A stretch of 64,000 nucleotides of DNA from Rebecca billardiae RCC1528. Taxonomy: Eukaryota; Protista; Haptophyta. This document shows, in pieces, positions 22,325 to 33,660 of this stretch. Where the stretch lies: positions 124,001-188,000 of the forward strand of contig OZ251247.1 in assembly GCA_965240325.2 (NCBI GenBank). The letters run 5' to 3'. Both the position numbers and the translations under genes were made by a program. Below the pieces are notes generated by a model. It was not told where the DNA came from, did no database searches, and was given only the letters and a program-made list of their open reading frames with translations. Position 1 is the first letter of the stretch, and the number at the start of each line of letters is the position of its first letter.

Positions 22325-23785
22325 TCAGCAGACGCGCGCACGCCACGCCGTCTCGACGCACGTGGGCGTGTCAATCCACCAGGTGGGCTCGTCTTGCTCG
22401 GCCTCGCTCATGCCGAGGCCGAGCGCAGCCGAGCGCTTGCCGCACGAGTGCACGCTGCCGTCCGCACTCACAAACAGCGAGTGGGAGTGGCCCATGGCAC
22501 AGTGCACCACGCGCACGTGGGCGAGGGCACTTACGCGCGTGGGCAGCGGCGATTCGCCAAGGCCATCGTGCCCCAGCTGGCTGTCCTTGTTGTCCCCGAA
22601 CGTGTGCACACTGCCGTCCGCGCCCAGCACCGCGCTGCTGAGTGCGCCAGCACGGGCGCTGACCGCGCGCACGCCCGCCAAGGCCTCTATGCGCTTGGGC
22701 GACAGAGACCACGCCCGGTCACCATGGCAGGGGCAGCCTCCGTACCCCTCTCCAAACCAGCGCACGCCACCCTCCGCGTCCACCACCAGGCTTTGCATGC
22801 GGCCCGCGCTCACGTGCACGGCGCGCACGCCCGCTAGCGCCTCGATGCGCCTCGGCGTGTGCTGATCCTGATAGTTGCAGTGGCCGAGCTGGCCTTGGAA
22901 GCCGTAACCGCACGCGTAGACGGCGCCATGCGCAGAGAGCAGTAGCGTGTGGTCACCACCCGCGGCCACGCCACCCACGCGCACGCCGTCCAGCGCCTCG
23001 ATGCGCCTCGGCGTGAGCTGAGCCTGCCTGTCGCAGTGGCCAAGACGGCCGCAGCCGTTGGCGCCCCAGCTGTACGCGCAGCCCGCGGCGGTGAGCGCGA
23101 GGCTGTGGTAGCCGCCCGCGGCGATCGCGACGACGAGCTCACTCGCGGGTAGCTTGACGAGCGCGAATGAGCGCCGCTCCTCCGAGTCCCCCAGCCCCAG
23201 CTGGCCGAAGTCGTTGCCGCCGCAGCCGTACACCGTCCCAGCATCGCTCAGCGCGAGCAGGTGCCAGCTGCCAGCGGCCACGGCGACCACGCGCACACCG
23301 CTGAGGGAGGCGACGTGCGTCGGCACACGCACGGCCGGCGCATCGTGGTGGCCGGCTGCAAAGTGCGCTCGATACTCCCCCGTTCCGTTCCCGCGCTCGT
23401 CCAGCACCTCCTCCTCGCCGCACGTGTGCAGCCCGCCCTCCGCGTCCACAAACGCGCTGAAACGGAGGCCGGCCGCCACGGGAGATGCGTGCGCGCATGC
23501 GAGCGCGAGCACACGCTCGCGCACGATCAGCTCCTCCGTCCACGTGCGCACGCCCGAGGGCAGCGCCGCCGGCAGCGTGCGCTCGTGCCCCCGCGCGCGT
23601 GCACGCTCGCGCAGCGCGCGCTCGACCGCCGAGCGCCCGCCGGGCGGCGCGGCGTGGAAGACGCGCGCGGTGGCGTTCAGGCTGGCGAGATCGCGCAGCC
23701 GCAGGAGTGACGTGATGCGGTCGAGCACCTCTGACGGCAGGTCGTCGAACCCGGGGCGCGGTGCGTGCGTCCGTGCCGTGGCCAT
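22325..23785 (-). CDS. F-box + RCC1-repeat protein FR10
   Basis: Start at 23785; copy of FR5 (offset 12639 bp) with two amino-acid differences. Confidence 0.9.
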   Translation of the reverse strand: MATARTHAPRPGFDDLPSEVLDRITSLLRLRDLASLNATARVFHAAPPGGRSAVERALRERARARGHERTLPAALPSGVRTWTEELIVRERVLALACAHASPVAAGLRFSAFVDAEGGLHTCGEEEVLDERGNGTGEYRAHFAAGHHDAPAVRVPTHVASLSGVRVVAVAAGSWHLLALSDAGTVYGCGGNDFGQLGLGDSEERRSFALVKLPASELVVAIAAGGYHSLALTAAGCAYSWGANGCGRLGHCDRQAQLTPRRIEALDGVRVGGVAAGGDHTLLLSAHGAVYACGYGFQGQLGHCNYQDQHTPRRIEALAGVRAVHVSAGRMQSLVVDAEGGVRWFGEGYGGCPCHGDRAWSLSPKRIEALAGVRAVSARAGALSSAVLGADGSVHTFGDNKDSQLGHDGLGESPLPTRVSALAHVRVVHCAMGHSHSLFVSADGSVHSCGKRSAALGLGMSEAEQDEPTWWIDTPTCVETAWRARVC

Positions 23786-24879
23786 CGAGTCGAGCGCGAG
23801 AGAGGAGGAGGGCTGCCGATGCGTTGAGGTGAGGAACCGGCAGGGGGGTGGACAGGGCAAGGGCACCCGGCCTGTCTGGTACTCTGCTCCGGACTGCGCC
23901 GCCATCGTTACTCGGCGGGCACGGCCCTCCAGTCCTGGCCTGGCTGGCACGTACCCAGCCGCACGCCTTGGCGTCCGGACTCCTGGCCTCCTCCGCCGCC
24001 AAGGGCGGTCCTGGCCACTGTCAGCATCCTGCTGACGCCAGCTGACGACTACGCGCATTGACGACGATATGAACCGCATATCAAGTGCTGCTGCTATATA
24101 CTGTCGTCGCCGTCGCCTGTGACTTATTGTATATAAGGCAGCGAGTCCGGCCGCCGGCGGCGCGGTCATTCTCGCGGTCGCGGATCCGCCGCACTCGGAG
24201 TGGCCACCGCGTGTCCGTGACTCAGCGCGGGCCGTCCCGTGTGAATTCGCCGGCGGCCTACTACGCACCGTTGGTAACACGGGGACGGCGTCGGCGGCAC
24301 GGAGCAGACAGGCCGCCGCCTGAACTGCTCGTCGCCACTGATATGTCTGAATCTGATGAGCCCGGACTCCCGGATCGGACTGTGACGCGACGCCTGCATA
24401 GCCATAGTGCATAATGGCTGCGGCCGTCTGCGGACCGATACCCGCCGTAGGCTGCTCACGGCACGCAATCGGCACTGCGGCCGCGACTCCGGCGGCCGCC
24501 GGGCAACGCTGCTCAGAGTGCACGTACACGCCGCACTGCGCATCGGACTCGGCAGTCCGGACTCGGCGCCTGCAGGCAGGACTCAGCCGCGCGGCGCACG
24601 TGCCGTCGCGCCGGCTAGCCCATCGCCCCCCCTCCCCCCCGCCCCCCGCCGGCAGGGCCCAGGGCGGCACGCGCGGCTTTCGTGCCGCAGCCCTCACCAC
24701 CCGGAGACGCGCGCTGTTGCCCCCTCCGCTGCCCGTGCCGTGCGCACCCGTGCCGCGCCCAGTGCGCCCGGCATGCAGCAGCACCTCCCCTCCTCCCCCC
24801 GCGCACCCCCACACTCCCCGCTGCAGGCAGGCCACAGCGGCTCCGGCTGCCGGCCCTCGCCCCTCGGAGGCAGGCGGCG

Positions 24880-26325
24880 TCAGCAGACGCGCGCACGCCA
24901 CGCCGTCTCGACGCACGTGGGCTTGGCAATCCGCTGGGAGGGCGCGTCTTGCTCGGCCGCGCTCATGCCGAGGCCGAGCGCAGCCGAGCGCTCACCGCAC
25001 GCGTACACGCTGCCGTCCGCACTCACAAACAGCGAGTGGGAGTTGCCTATGGCGCAGCGCACCACACGAGCTTGGGCGAGCGCACCCACTCGTGCGGGGG
25101 TCTTGGAAGCCGCTTTCCCGCGCCGCCCGAGCTGGCCGTACCAGTTGCACCCGAACGTGTGCACGCTGCCGTCCGCGCCCACCACCGCGCTGCTGCCCCA
25201 ACCAGCGCACGCGCGCACGATGCGCACACCGGCGAGGGCGTCAAGCCGCCTCGGCGTGGGCTGCTTGTGCGTGTCTCCGTGCCCCAGTCTGCCATCCCCG
25301 CCGTGCCCAAACGAGTACACCGCCCCGTCGCTGTCCACCACCAGGCTGTGCTCCCTGCCCGCGCTCACGCGCACGGCGCGCACGCCCGCGAGCGCCTCGA
25401 TGCGCCTCGGCGTGCGCTGAGCCTGCCTGTCGCCGTGACCGTGACGGCCACGGCTACCGTCGCCGCACGAGTAGACGGCGCAATGCGCAGACAGGAACAG
25501 CGTGTGAGCACCACCTGCAGCCACCCCGCCCACGCGCACGCCGTCCAGCGCCTCGATGCGCGTCGGCTCCCACCGCTCCTTCGTGTCGCCGTGGCCGAGC
25601 TGGCCGCAGTGGTTGAGGCCCCAGCTGTACGCGCACCCAGCGGCGGTGAGCGCGAGGCTGTACTGATTGCCCGCCGCGATGCCGACGATGAGCTCGCTCG
25701 CGGGTAGCATGACGCGTGCGAACGACCGCCACTCCTCCGTGTCCCCCAGCCCGAGCTGGCCGTACTGGTTGTTGCCGCAGCCGTACACGGCGCCGGCGTC
25801 GCTCAGCGCGAGCAGGTGGTCCAACCCAGCCGCCACAGCGACCACGCGCACCGCGCTGAGGGAGGCGACGCGCGTCGGTACGCGCACTGCATGCATGCCC
25901 GGGTGGCTGATTGCCGCGTGCGCTCGATACGCGCAGCCGTCCTCGTCCAGCTCCTCGCCGCACGTGTGCAGCCCGCCCTCCGCGTCCACAAACGCGCTGA
26001 AGAAACGGCCGGCGGCCACGGGAGGCGAGTGCGCGCGTGCGAGCTCGAGCACGCGTTCACGCGCGAAGAGCTCCTCCGCCCAGCTGCGCACGCCCGCCGG
26101 CAGCGACGCCGGCAGCGCGCGCGCGTGCCCCCGCGCGCGCGCGCGCTCGCGCAGCGCGCGCTCGACCGCCGAGCACCCGCCGGGCGGCGCGACGTGGAAG
26201 AGGCGCGCGGTGGCGTTCAGGCTGGCGAGGTCGGGCGACAGCAAGCATACGATGATGCGGGCGAGCACTTCCGGGGGCAGGTCGTCAAGCGCGAGGGGCG
26301 GCGTGCGCGTCCGTGCCGTGGCCAT
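24880..26325 (-). CDS. F-box + RCC1-repeat protein FR11
   Basis: Start at 26325; F-box and RCC1 repeats. Confidence 0.9.
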   Translation of the reverse strand: MATARTRTPPLALDDLPPEVLARIIVCLLSPDLASLNATARLFHVAPPGGCSAVERALRERARARGHARALPASLPAGVRSWAEELFARERVLELARAHSPPVAAGRFFSAFVDAEGGLHTCGEELDEDGCAYRAHAAISHPGMHAVRVPTRVASLSAVRVVAVAAGLDHLLALSDAGAVYGCGNNQYGQLGLGDTEEWRSFARVMLPASELIVGIAAGNQYSLALTAAGCAYSWGLNHCGQLGHGDTKERWEPTRIEALDGVRVGGVAAGGAHTLFLSAHCAVYSCGDGSRGRHGHGDRQAQRTPRRIEALAGVRAVRVSAGREHSLVVDSDGAVYSFGHGGDGRLGHGDTHKQPTPRRLDALAGVRIVRACAGWGSSAVVGADGSVHTFGCNWYGQLGRRGKAASKTPARVGALAQARVVRCAIGNSHSLFVSADGSVYACGERSAALGLGMSAAEQDAPSQRIAKPTCVETAWRARVC

Positions 26326-27223
26326 CGAGCCGAGCGCGAGACGACGAGAGGCCGAGCGGAGAGCGGTGCGCTGCGGAGGACAGGGCCTGGCCAGTCCGAC
26401 AGTGGCAAACCGTCTCCAAGTCACAGCGAGGGTGCTGACGAGCTGCGTCAGCTCCTGGCCACTGTCAGCAAGGTGAAGGTTGGTACTGTCACTTGTCAGT
26501 TCCTGCTGACGCCGGCTGACTACGCGCATTGATGCCGCGCATATCACTGCTACTGCGCTCGTCTGCGACTTGTGAGCAGTGTCCGGCGCAGTTGATCACT
26601 GGCGGGCCGGTCGTGAACACCGTTGGTAACACGGGGACGGCGTCCGCGGCAGAGCAGACCGGCCGCGCCTCGGAGTCGTCACCACTCGGAGTCTCAGTCT
26701 GAGTCAGCACTAGCAGTGACGCGAGACGACCCGGATGATGAATGACGCCTGCATATAATAGTGCATGGCTGGCTCTGGCCGACACCAGCTCGGCTGCTCA
26801 CGGCACGCAGTCGGCACTGCGGCCGCGACTCCGACGGCCGCCGGGCAGCGCTGCTCAGAGTGCACGTACACGCCGCACTGCGCATCGGACTCGGCAGTCC
26901 GGACTCGGCGCCTGCAGGCAGGACTCAGCCGCGCGGCGCACGTGCCGTCGCGCCGGCTAGACCCCCGCCACCCCCTTCCCCCCGCCCCCCGCCGGCCGGG
27001 CCCAGGGCGGCACGCGCGGCTGTCGTGCCGCAGCCCTCACCACCCGGAGACGCGCGCTGTTGCCCCCTCCGCTGCCCGTGCCGTGCGCACCCGTGCCGCG
27101 CCCAGTGCGCCCGGCGTGCAGCGGCACCCCCCCTCCTCCCCCCGCGCACCCCCACACTCCCCGCTGCAGGCAGGCCCGCAGCGGCTCCGGCTGCCGGCCC
27201 TCGCCCCTCGGAGGCAGGCGGCG

Positions 27224-28675
27224 TCAGCAGACGCGCGCACGCCACGCCGTCTCGACGCACGTTGGCGTGTCAATCCGCTGGGACCCGTGTCGCTCGGCCG
27301 CGCTCATGCCGAGGCCGAGCGCAGCCGAGCGCTCACCGCACGCGTACACGCTGCCGTCCGCACGCACAAACAGCGAGTGGGCGACGCCCATGGCACAGTG
27401 CTCCACGCGGGCTTGGGCGAGGGCATCCAGTCGTTTGGGGGTCTTGGGAGCCGCTTTCACGCGCCGCCCGAGCTGGCCGTACCAGTTGCGCCCGAACGTG
27501 TGCACGCTGCCGTCCGCGCCCAGCACCGCGCTGCTGCGATCGCCAGCGCACGCGCGCACGGCGCGCACAGCGGCGAGGGCGTCAATCCGCCTCGGCGTGG
27601 GCTGCTTGTGCGCGTCTCCGTGCCCCAGTCTGCCACCCCCGCCGTGCCCGAACGAGTACACCGCCCCGTCGCTGTCCACGACCAGGCTGTGCTCCCAGCC
27701 CGCGCTCACGTGCACGGCGCGCACGCCCGCAAGCGCCTCGATGCGCCTCGGCGTGTGCTGATCCTGCCAGTCGCCGTGGCCGAGCGAGCAGCCGTAACCG
27801 CACGAGTAGACGGCGCCGTGGGCAGAGAGCAGCAGCGTGTGCTCACGGCCCGCGGCCACGCCGCCCACGCGCACGCCGTCCAGCGCCTCGATGCGCGTCG
27901 GCTCCCACCGGTCCTCCGTGTCGCCGTGGCCGAGCTGGCCGGAGTGGTTGCGGCCCCAGCTGTACGCACAGCCAGCGGCGGTGAGCGCGAGGCTGTGGGC
28001 AGAGCCCGCGGCAATGCCCACCACCACGACGCCAGCGAGCGCCACGATCGGCTCAAACTCGCGCCGCCCCTCCGCGTCCCCCAGCCCCAGCTGGCCCCAC
28101 CAGTTGTCGCCGCAGCCGTACACGGCGCCGGCGTCGCTCAGCGCGAGCAGGTGGCCGCTGGCAGCGGCCACCGCGACCACGCGCACCGCACTGAGGGAGG
28201 CGACGCGCGTGGGCGCACGCACTGCCGGCGCATCGTGGTGGCCGGTTGCCTCGTGTGCTCGATACTCGCGCGTCAGACGTCGGAGCTCGTCCCGCACCTC
28301 CTCCTCGCCGCACGTGTGCAGCCCGCCCTCCGCGTCCACAAACGCGCTGAAGTCAAAGCCGCACGCGACAGGGGATGCGTGCGCGCGTGCGAGCTTGTGA
28401 AGGCGCTCGCGCAGGAACAGCGCCTCTGCCCACGTGCGCACGCCCGAGGGCAGCGCCGCCAGCAGCGCGCGCTCGTGCCCCCGCGCGCGTGCACGCTCGC
28501 GCAGCGCGCGCTCGACCGCCGAGCGCCCGCCGGGCGGCGCGGAGTGGAAGACGCGCGCGATGGCGTTCAGGCTGGCGAGATCGCGCAGCCGCAGGAGTGA
28601 CGTGATGCGGTCGAGCACCTCTGACGGCAGGTCGTCGAACCCGGGGCGCGGTGCGTGCGTCCGTGCCGTGGCCAT
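27224..28675 (-). CDS. F-box + RCC1-repeat protein FR12
   Basis: Start at 28675; F-box and RCC1 repeats; small in-frame deletions. Confidence 0.9.
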   Translation of the reverse strand: MATARTHAPRPGFDDLPSEVLDRITSLLRLRDLASLNAIARVFHSAPPGGRSAVERALRERARARGHERALLAALPSGVRTWAEALFLRERLHKLARAHASPVACGFDFSAFVDAEGGLHTCGEEEVRDELRRLTREYRAHEATGHHDAPAVRAPTRVASLSAVRVVAVAAASGHLLALSDAGAVYGCGDNWWGQLGLGDAEGRREFEPIVALAGVVVVGIAAGSAHSLALTAAGCAYSWGRNHSGQLGHGDTEDRWEPTRIEALDGVRVGGVAAGREHTLLLSAHGAVYSCGYGCSLGHGDWQDQHTPRRIEALAGVRAVHVSAGWEHSLVVDSDGAVYSFGHGGGGRLGHGDAHKQPTPRRIDALAAVRAVRACAGDRSSAVLGADGSVHTFGRNWYGQLGRRVKAAPKTPKRLDALAQARVEHCAMGVAHSLFVRADGSVYACGERSAALGLGMSAAERHGSQRIDTPTCVETAWRARVC

Positions 28676-29221
28676 CGAGTCGAGCGCGAGAGAGGAGGAG
28701 GGCTGCTGAGGTGGACAGGGCAAGACAGGGCACCCGGCCCGCGGCGCGGCGCCCCCCCCCGCTGCTGCGCTGGTCGTCTGATGATTCCCATCACACTTCA
28801 CACGGGAAGAAAGATTCGAACGAAAGATTCCCCTGGCCGGCCCGGCTGCCACTGCCCTTCTCGCCTGAGCTGTGTGCGTCCAGGGCCAGGCCCAGGCCGG
28901 CAGCCGTTTGAGACTAGGTGCGCCCTCCGCAGGCACAGTACGGACTAGTACGGACTATGGGTGCTGCCACTCGAGCCAGCGGTCCTGACGGCTTACCCAG
29001 TGACCGATATTCGCAGTGCCCGCCGCCGGCTGCCGGCCGTGCTCGCGGCACGCAGTCAGCGCTGCTGCCGCAACGCCGACGGCCGCCAAGCAGCTGCTCA
29101 GAGTGCGCACATGCCGCATGGCGCCCCGGGCTCGGCACCCGTGCCGCGCCCACGGCCACTGCCCCCACAGCTCCACACGCCCTTCTCAGTCCCCCACCCG
29201 CCTGCCCCCTGCTCCTGCCCC

Positions 29222-31122
29222 TCAGAGGTTGAAGGCCACGGATGCGCCCAGGTTGCGCAGCGTGGAGTGGCTCTCGTTGAGCTGCGCCTTCACGTGCAGC
29301 CCCACCGAGCGGGAGAGCTGCGCACACAGCAGCAGCAGCAGCACCACCGCACACACACAGCAAGAGAGAGAGAGTCCGGGGGTTGTGAGAGGGTCCGGGA
29401 GGGGGTAGGGAGGTGGGGATGCACGGGGGGCGGAGGGCGGTGGTGAGGCTGGGCGCACGGCTGCTGCCTCGGTGGTGCACTGACGGCTGCGCGGCCCCAG
29501 CCCGGGAGTGCTTCGGCAGATGTGAGATGTGACCCGCGCGCCACCCCGCGCGCACCTTAAGCGAGTAGAGCATGTTGACGACGCCGTGCCGCTCCGCCGC
29601 CACCTTGAGCGCGTGCGGCCCCGCGGAGAGCGTGCCGCCCAGCAGCAGCCGCTCCACCACGTCCGACTGGCACCCACCGGCAGCGGGGGCAGCGGGGGGG
29701 CAGCAGCCGGGGGGCGGCAGCAGGGGGGCGGCAGCAGCAGGGGGGCAGCAGCAGGGGGGCAGCAGCCGGGGGGCAGCAGCAGGGGGGCAGGGGGGTGGCA
29801 GCAGCAGCACACCGCGGCAGGGGCACACCGGCCAGCCGGGCGGGGAGGGAGGGAGGGGGGTGAGTGCCGTGTGTGGGCGGGCAGCCGTGGGGTGGGCAGA
29901 CGGCGATGTAGGCCGTGGGCGGCGGGCGGTGGGCGGGGCGGGCAGCCGGTGGCGGCGGGGCGGCGGCCGCGCGGGCCGCGCCGCCACCGCCTGCGCTGGG
30001 CGCGCGCGCGGCACGCGCGCGCAGCAGCCGGCTTGCGGGCACGCGCCCGGGGCAGCCCCCAAGCCCACCGCCCCCACGCCCACCCCCACGCCCACACGCA
30101 CGCCCGCACCTGCACGTTGTACGCCACGGACCCCCCCAGCGACAGTCCGGGCCTGAGGCGCACATACAGCGCTGAGCCCACGCGGGAGCCGAGCGTGTTC
30201 GTGCCCAGCGCCATCGCCAGGCGGCCAGAGCGGCAGCTGCGGGGCGGGGGTTGGGGGCGTGCGTGTGTGGGCGTGGGTGTGTCTGGGCGTGAGTGAGGGG
30301 CGGGCGGCCGTGCGTGCGGAGGGGGCGGGGCGGGGCAGCGGGCGGCCGCGCGCCAGTGCAGCTGCTGCCGCAGCGCAGCAGCGCCGCAGCGCGCGTTGCG
30401 CTCGGGCGTGGGCGGGGCCAGCCACGCGGCCCCACGCGTGTGCGTGTGCTCGGGGGCACGCCCGCCCCACAGACACGCGCCCTCGAGGCACGCGCGGTGC
30501 CGCCACCACCACAGACACACACACACACCCGCGCGCGCACACACGCGCGCACAGCGCGCCGGTCGCTACTGCCCCTCACCGCACTGAGAAGTCGGAGGAG
30601 AAAGGGACGTAGATCGACTCCTCGAGCTCGCGCCGCGCGAGCTCGGCCGCGTCGCGCGTGAGCGAGGTGAGGTGCGTCTGCATGCCCTGCGAGCCGCCAC
30701 CGCGCGGCGGGCGTGCGCGCGCGTGGCGCCGGCGGCGGTCGGCCGGCGCGGCGGCGAGCGGCGCACGCGCGCGCGCGCCGCGCGGCGCGCAGCACATCGG
30801 GCGCGCGCGCGCATCCCCGCGGGCGTGCGCACGCACACACACGCGCGCCCGCGCGCACCCCGAACGCCGCCGCGTGCTGCGCCAGCTCCTCCTCGCGCGC
30901 GTGCAGCCGCTGCGTGAGCGCGCCCTCGCGCCGCTTCAGCTCGTCTGCCTCCGCGGTGCGCGCGGCGAGCTCGGCGCGGACGGCGGCGAGCTCGGCGGTG
31001 CGGGTGGTGAGGGTGGACGGGCCGGACCCCTCGCGCGCCGCGCGCACCGCCGCCTCGTGCTCCGCCTTGGTCACGAGCCCGAGCGCGCGCAGCACGCCGC
31101 GCGGCGGCATCGGCAAGCCCGA

Positions 31123-31154
<32 letters not shown>

Positions 31155-31224
31155 CGTCGGCGGCGTCGGGCGCGGGGGGCGAGGTGGAGCCGCCGGGCGG
31201 GGTCGCGCCGTCCGCGTCCGCCAT
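29222..31224 (-). CDS. Duplicate of the coiled-coil + partial VDAC/Tom40-like beta-barrel gene (5 exons; native promoter lost)
   Basis: Exons match those of 45044-46979 (MADADG..., GMQTHL..., CRSGRLAM..., SDVVER..., LSRSVG...VAFNL*), with GT-AG boundaries retained. Confidence 0.65.
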
Positions 31225-31230
31225 GCCGCG

Positions 31231-31459
31231 ACGCCGGCAGCGCGCGCGCGTGCCCCCGCGCGCGCGCGCGCTCGCGCAGCGCGCGCTCGACCGCCGAGCA
31301 CCCGCCGGGCGGCGCGGCGTGGAAGAGGCGCGCGGTGGCGTTCAGGCTGGTGAGGTCGCGCGGCGGCAGGAGCGAGATGACGCGGTCGAGCACCTCTGAC
31401 GGCAGGTCGACGAGCGCGCGCGTCGGTTGCGCGGCGCCGCCCATCTCGTCGGTGGCCAT
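31231..31459 (-). pseudogene. Truncated F-box gene FR13 (FR1-type 5' end only)
   Basis: Matches FR1 3322-3550 plus its upstream sequence (to about 31508). Breaks after ...HARALPAS and joins out of frame to the MADADG gene copy. Confidence 0.85.
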
Positions 31460-31524
31460 CCCGCCGTTCGCGCTGCTCGCGCCCAGGGCCGATGATTGTG
31501 TGCAATACAGTGACGGTATGTTTG

Positions 31525-33267
31525 ACTCGCGTGAAGCCGGCATAGGTGGGTGCGGCCGCCCGGCGAAGCCGCACGAAGCCGGTGAAGCGGGCGCGCGGTG
31601 GCCACGGTCGCGGCGATCCGCGCAGTCTAGCGGGTGGCGAGGCGACAGTGGGCGCGTCCCAGTCGGTCGCCGACGTGCCGCGCCCTGCCGACCAGCCGCC
31701 TTGACGCGATGGCCCGCCGACCCCCGGCGTCCGCCTGGGCCACGTGCACGCGGCGATTTGAATGAGGCGCGCGCTGCCGGCTGGCAAGGAATTCGACGAG
31801 GGCGAGGACGAGGGTGATGAGGAATGGATGGCCGTAGACACTGTGAGCGCTGGCCTCTCTGCTGACTCCACAGCGCCGCACGCGCACACGTGCAAGCACC
31901 CGTCTGGTGCGCCTCTGCATGGCAGAAGGCGGATCGTCCGTGGTGAAGTGATCCGGAGATCCCTGGCGTTGAGTCGCCCCCTTCGGCGGAGGCAAGTTGG
32001 CGATGAGTGTGTGCCGACCCGTGCTTCGCCGCGGACCCGTCCGCGTGTGGCCCCGCGACGTGCGGTCTCGCTGCGCCCCCGCCCAGCATTGCTTGGTGCA
32101 GGGCTACCTGGCCGCACACTCGTCAGCAACAGGCTGACGCGGCGACCTGCGGCTCCAAATGGCAGCAGCGGCGGGGTGCTGGTGGAAGAGCGCCATGCCT
32201 TACATAGCCACGGTGTGCGGTCGGCAGGTGCCATCGCCAGTGACCGCCGAGCGGCGACGGCTGAGCTGAGCTGCATGGCGACTGCGGAGCCCGCCGAGCG
32301 TCGAGCCGCGCGCCGCGCCCGGTCGCCCGAATCGGCGGAGGGCAATCGCGTGGACGGAGTCGGCAGCCTCAGGCAGCCTGCTCGGTTGGTCCGCTCACCC
32401 CGCTGCCGCCAGCAAGGAGACTATGCGCTTAGGCTACCGCACATGAGACAGTATACGTATGATCGTCGCCGTGCGGTGAATCTCTGGCTGCCCGCGCGCG
32501 CAGCGGTCCGCATGCACGGTGGGTGGGCTGATCTGTGATCATCAAGGTCACAGATTCCGCCCGCCGATGTTGCTCAATGGCGGCTGACCGTGGGGGTGAC
32601 TGTGGAGCTGGGGGTGGGAGGTGGGGCATGACGCTCTCCTACTCTTGCCGCAAGGTCCCTCGCGGTCGTCCCGCGCAGCGATTCCCGCACTCGCCCCTCG
32701 CCGTCATCACGCGCCCTCAGCGGCGCGCCGCTGCGCGGCGGCGCGCCCAACCCAGCCGGGCGGGGCACGCGCTCGCGTTTGCTCCCACCTCGCCCTCGAG
32801 ACGAGCGCGGGCGGCGGGGCTCCTCCTCCTCCTCCTCTTCCTCCTCCTCTTGCGCGCGCCGGCGCCGGCGGGGCGGCTCCTCCTCCTCCTCCTCCTCCTC
32901 CTCATCCTCGCCGGCGCCGCGGCCGCCGGCAGCGGCGGCGCCGCTGGCGCCGCCGCTGGAGAGGGGCCGCCGAGGGCCAAGAGGGGCGGGAGGGGCGGCA
33001 AGGAGCGCGGCCTGGAATGACCTGCGCGAGCACGGGTGTCGCCGTCGCCGATGGCGACGGCTGTCGCCGGCTGTCGCCGATGGCGACGGCGCCGGCGCGA
33101 ATGGCAGCACGGACGGTCGCGGGCGCGTCGTCCATGCTGGCTTCAGCGCGGCTTCAGCCCGCTTCAGCGGGCTTCAGCGGGCGTGAAGCCGCGCTGAAGG
33201 CTCACTGCGCGTCGCTTCAACATTGTGCTGTATTGTTGCCCCAAACCGTATCTGGCTTCACCCTCTA
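31525..33267. mobile_element. Putative degenerate hAT-like non-autonomous element carrying an acidic low-complexity ORF fragment
   Basis: GAAGC(C) motifs cluster at 31531-31590 and inverted GCTTCA motifs at 33140-33180. The right end CTGGCTTCACCCTCTA reads TAGAGGGTG on the - strand. A poly-Glu ORF lies at 32574-33110. The left TIR is only partly recognisable. Confidence 0.35.
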
Positions 33268-33339
33268 CTAGTAATAGAACGTATACAGTCAGGTTGGTTG
33301 TCGAGCGAGGTCGGGTCCGGTAACGAGTCTAGTTGCTGA

Positions 33340-33660
33340 CTCCGATACCATGTTCAATGTTAGACTGAAGAAGAAGCGTGGGTGCTCCCTACCGCGCGTG
33401 TGGGCGATACGGGTCCACCGGAAGCGACCAGGCGGGGCTAGGACCACCCCGAAGGGGCGAGGCGGACGGTGTCACATCATCGGATGATGGGTCCGAGGCA
33501 GCCCCAAACTCCCAGGGAGTTTGGGGCTCCGCCGGACTGGCCGAGAAAGTGCCGGATCGTGCCTCCGCCGGTACGTACGGGGTCGGGTAGATGCGGCGGA
33601 AACTTACCCGCGACTCCTGTGGAACGGTGTCTCCGAGGACTGGTGCCCAGACTGACAACA
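33340..33660 (-). mobile_element. 5' LTR (310 bp, 33351-33660) plus primer-binding site of a truncated LTR retrotransposon, probably Ty1/copia
   Basis: On the - strand TGTTGTCAGT...ACATTGAACA is immediately followed by TGGTATCGGAG, close to the canonical tRNA-iMet PBS TGGTATCAGAG. No second LTR or pol seen. Confidence 0.75.

Noticed and set aside
23786-24916. 863-aa ORF and other long N-terminal extensions of FR genes
   Set aside because: The extensions run through spacer DNA and are broken by indels in the near-identical copy at 11147-12240. The conserved ATG just before the F-box is the likely start.
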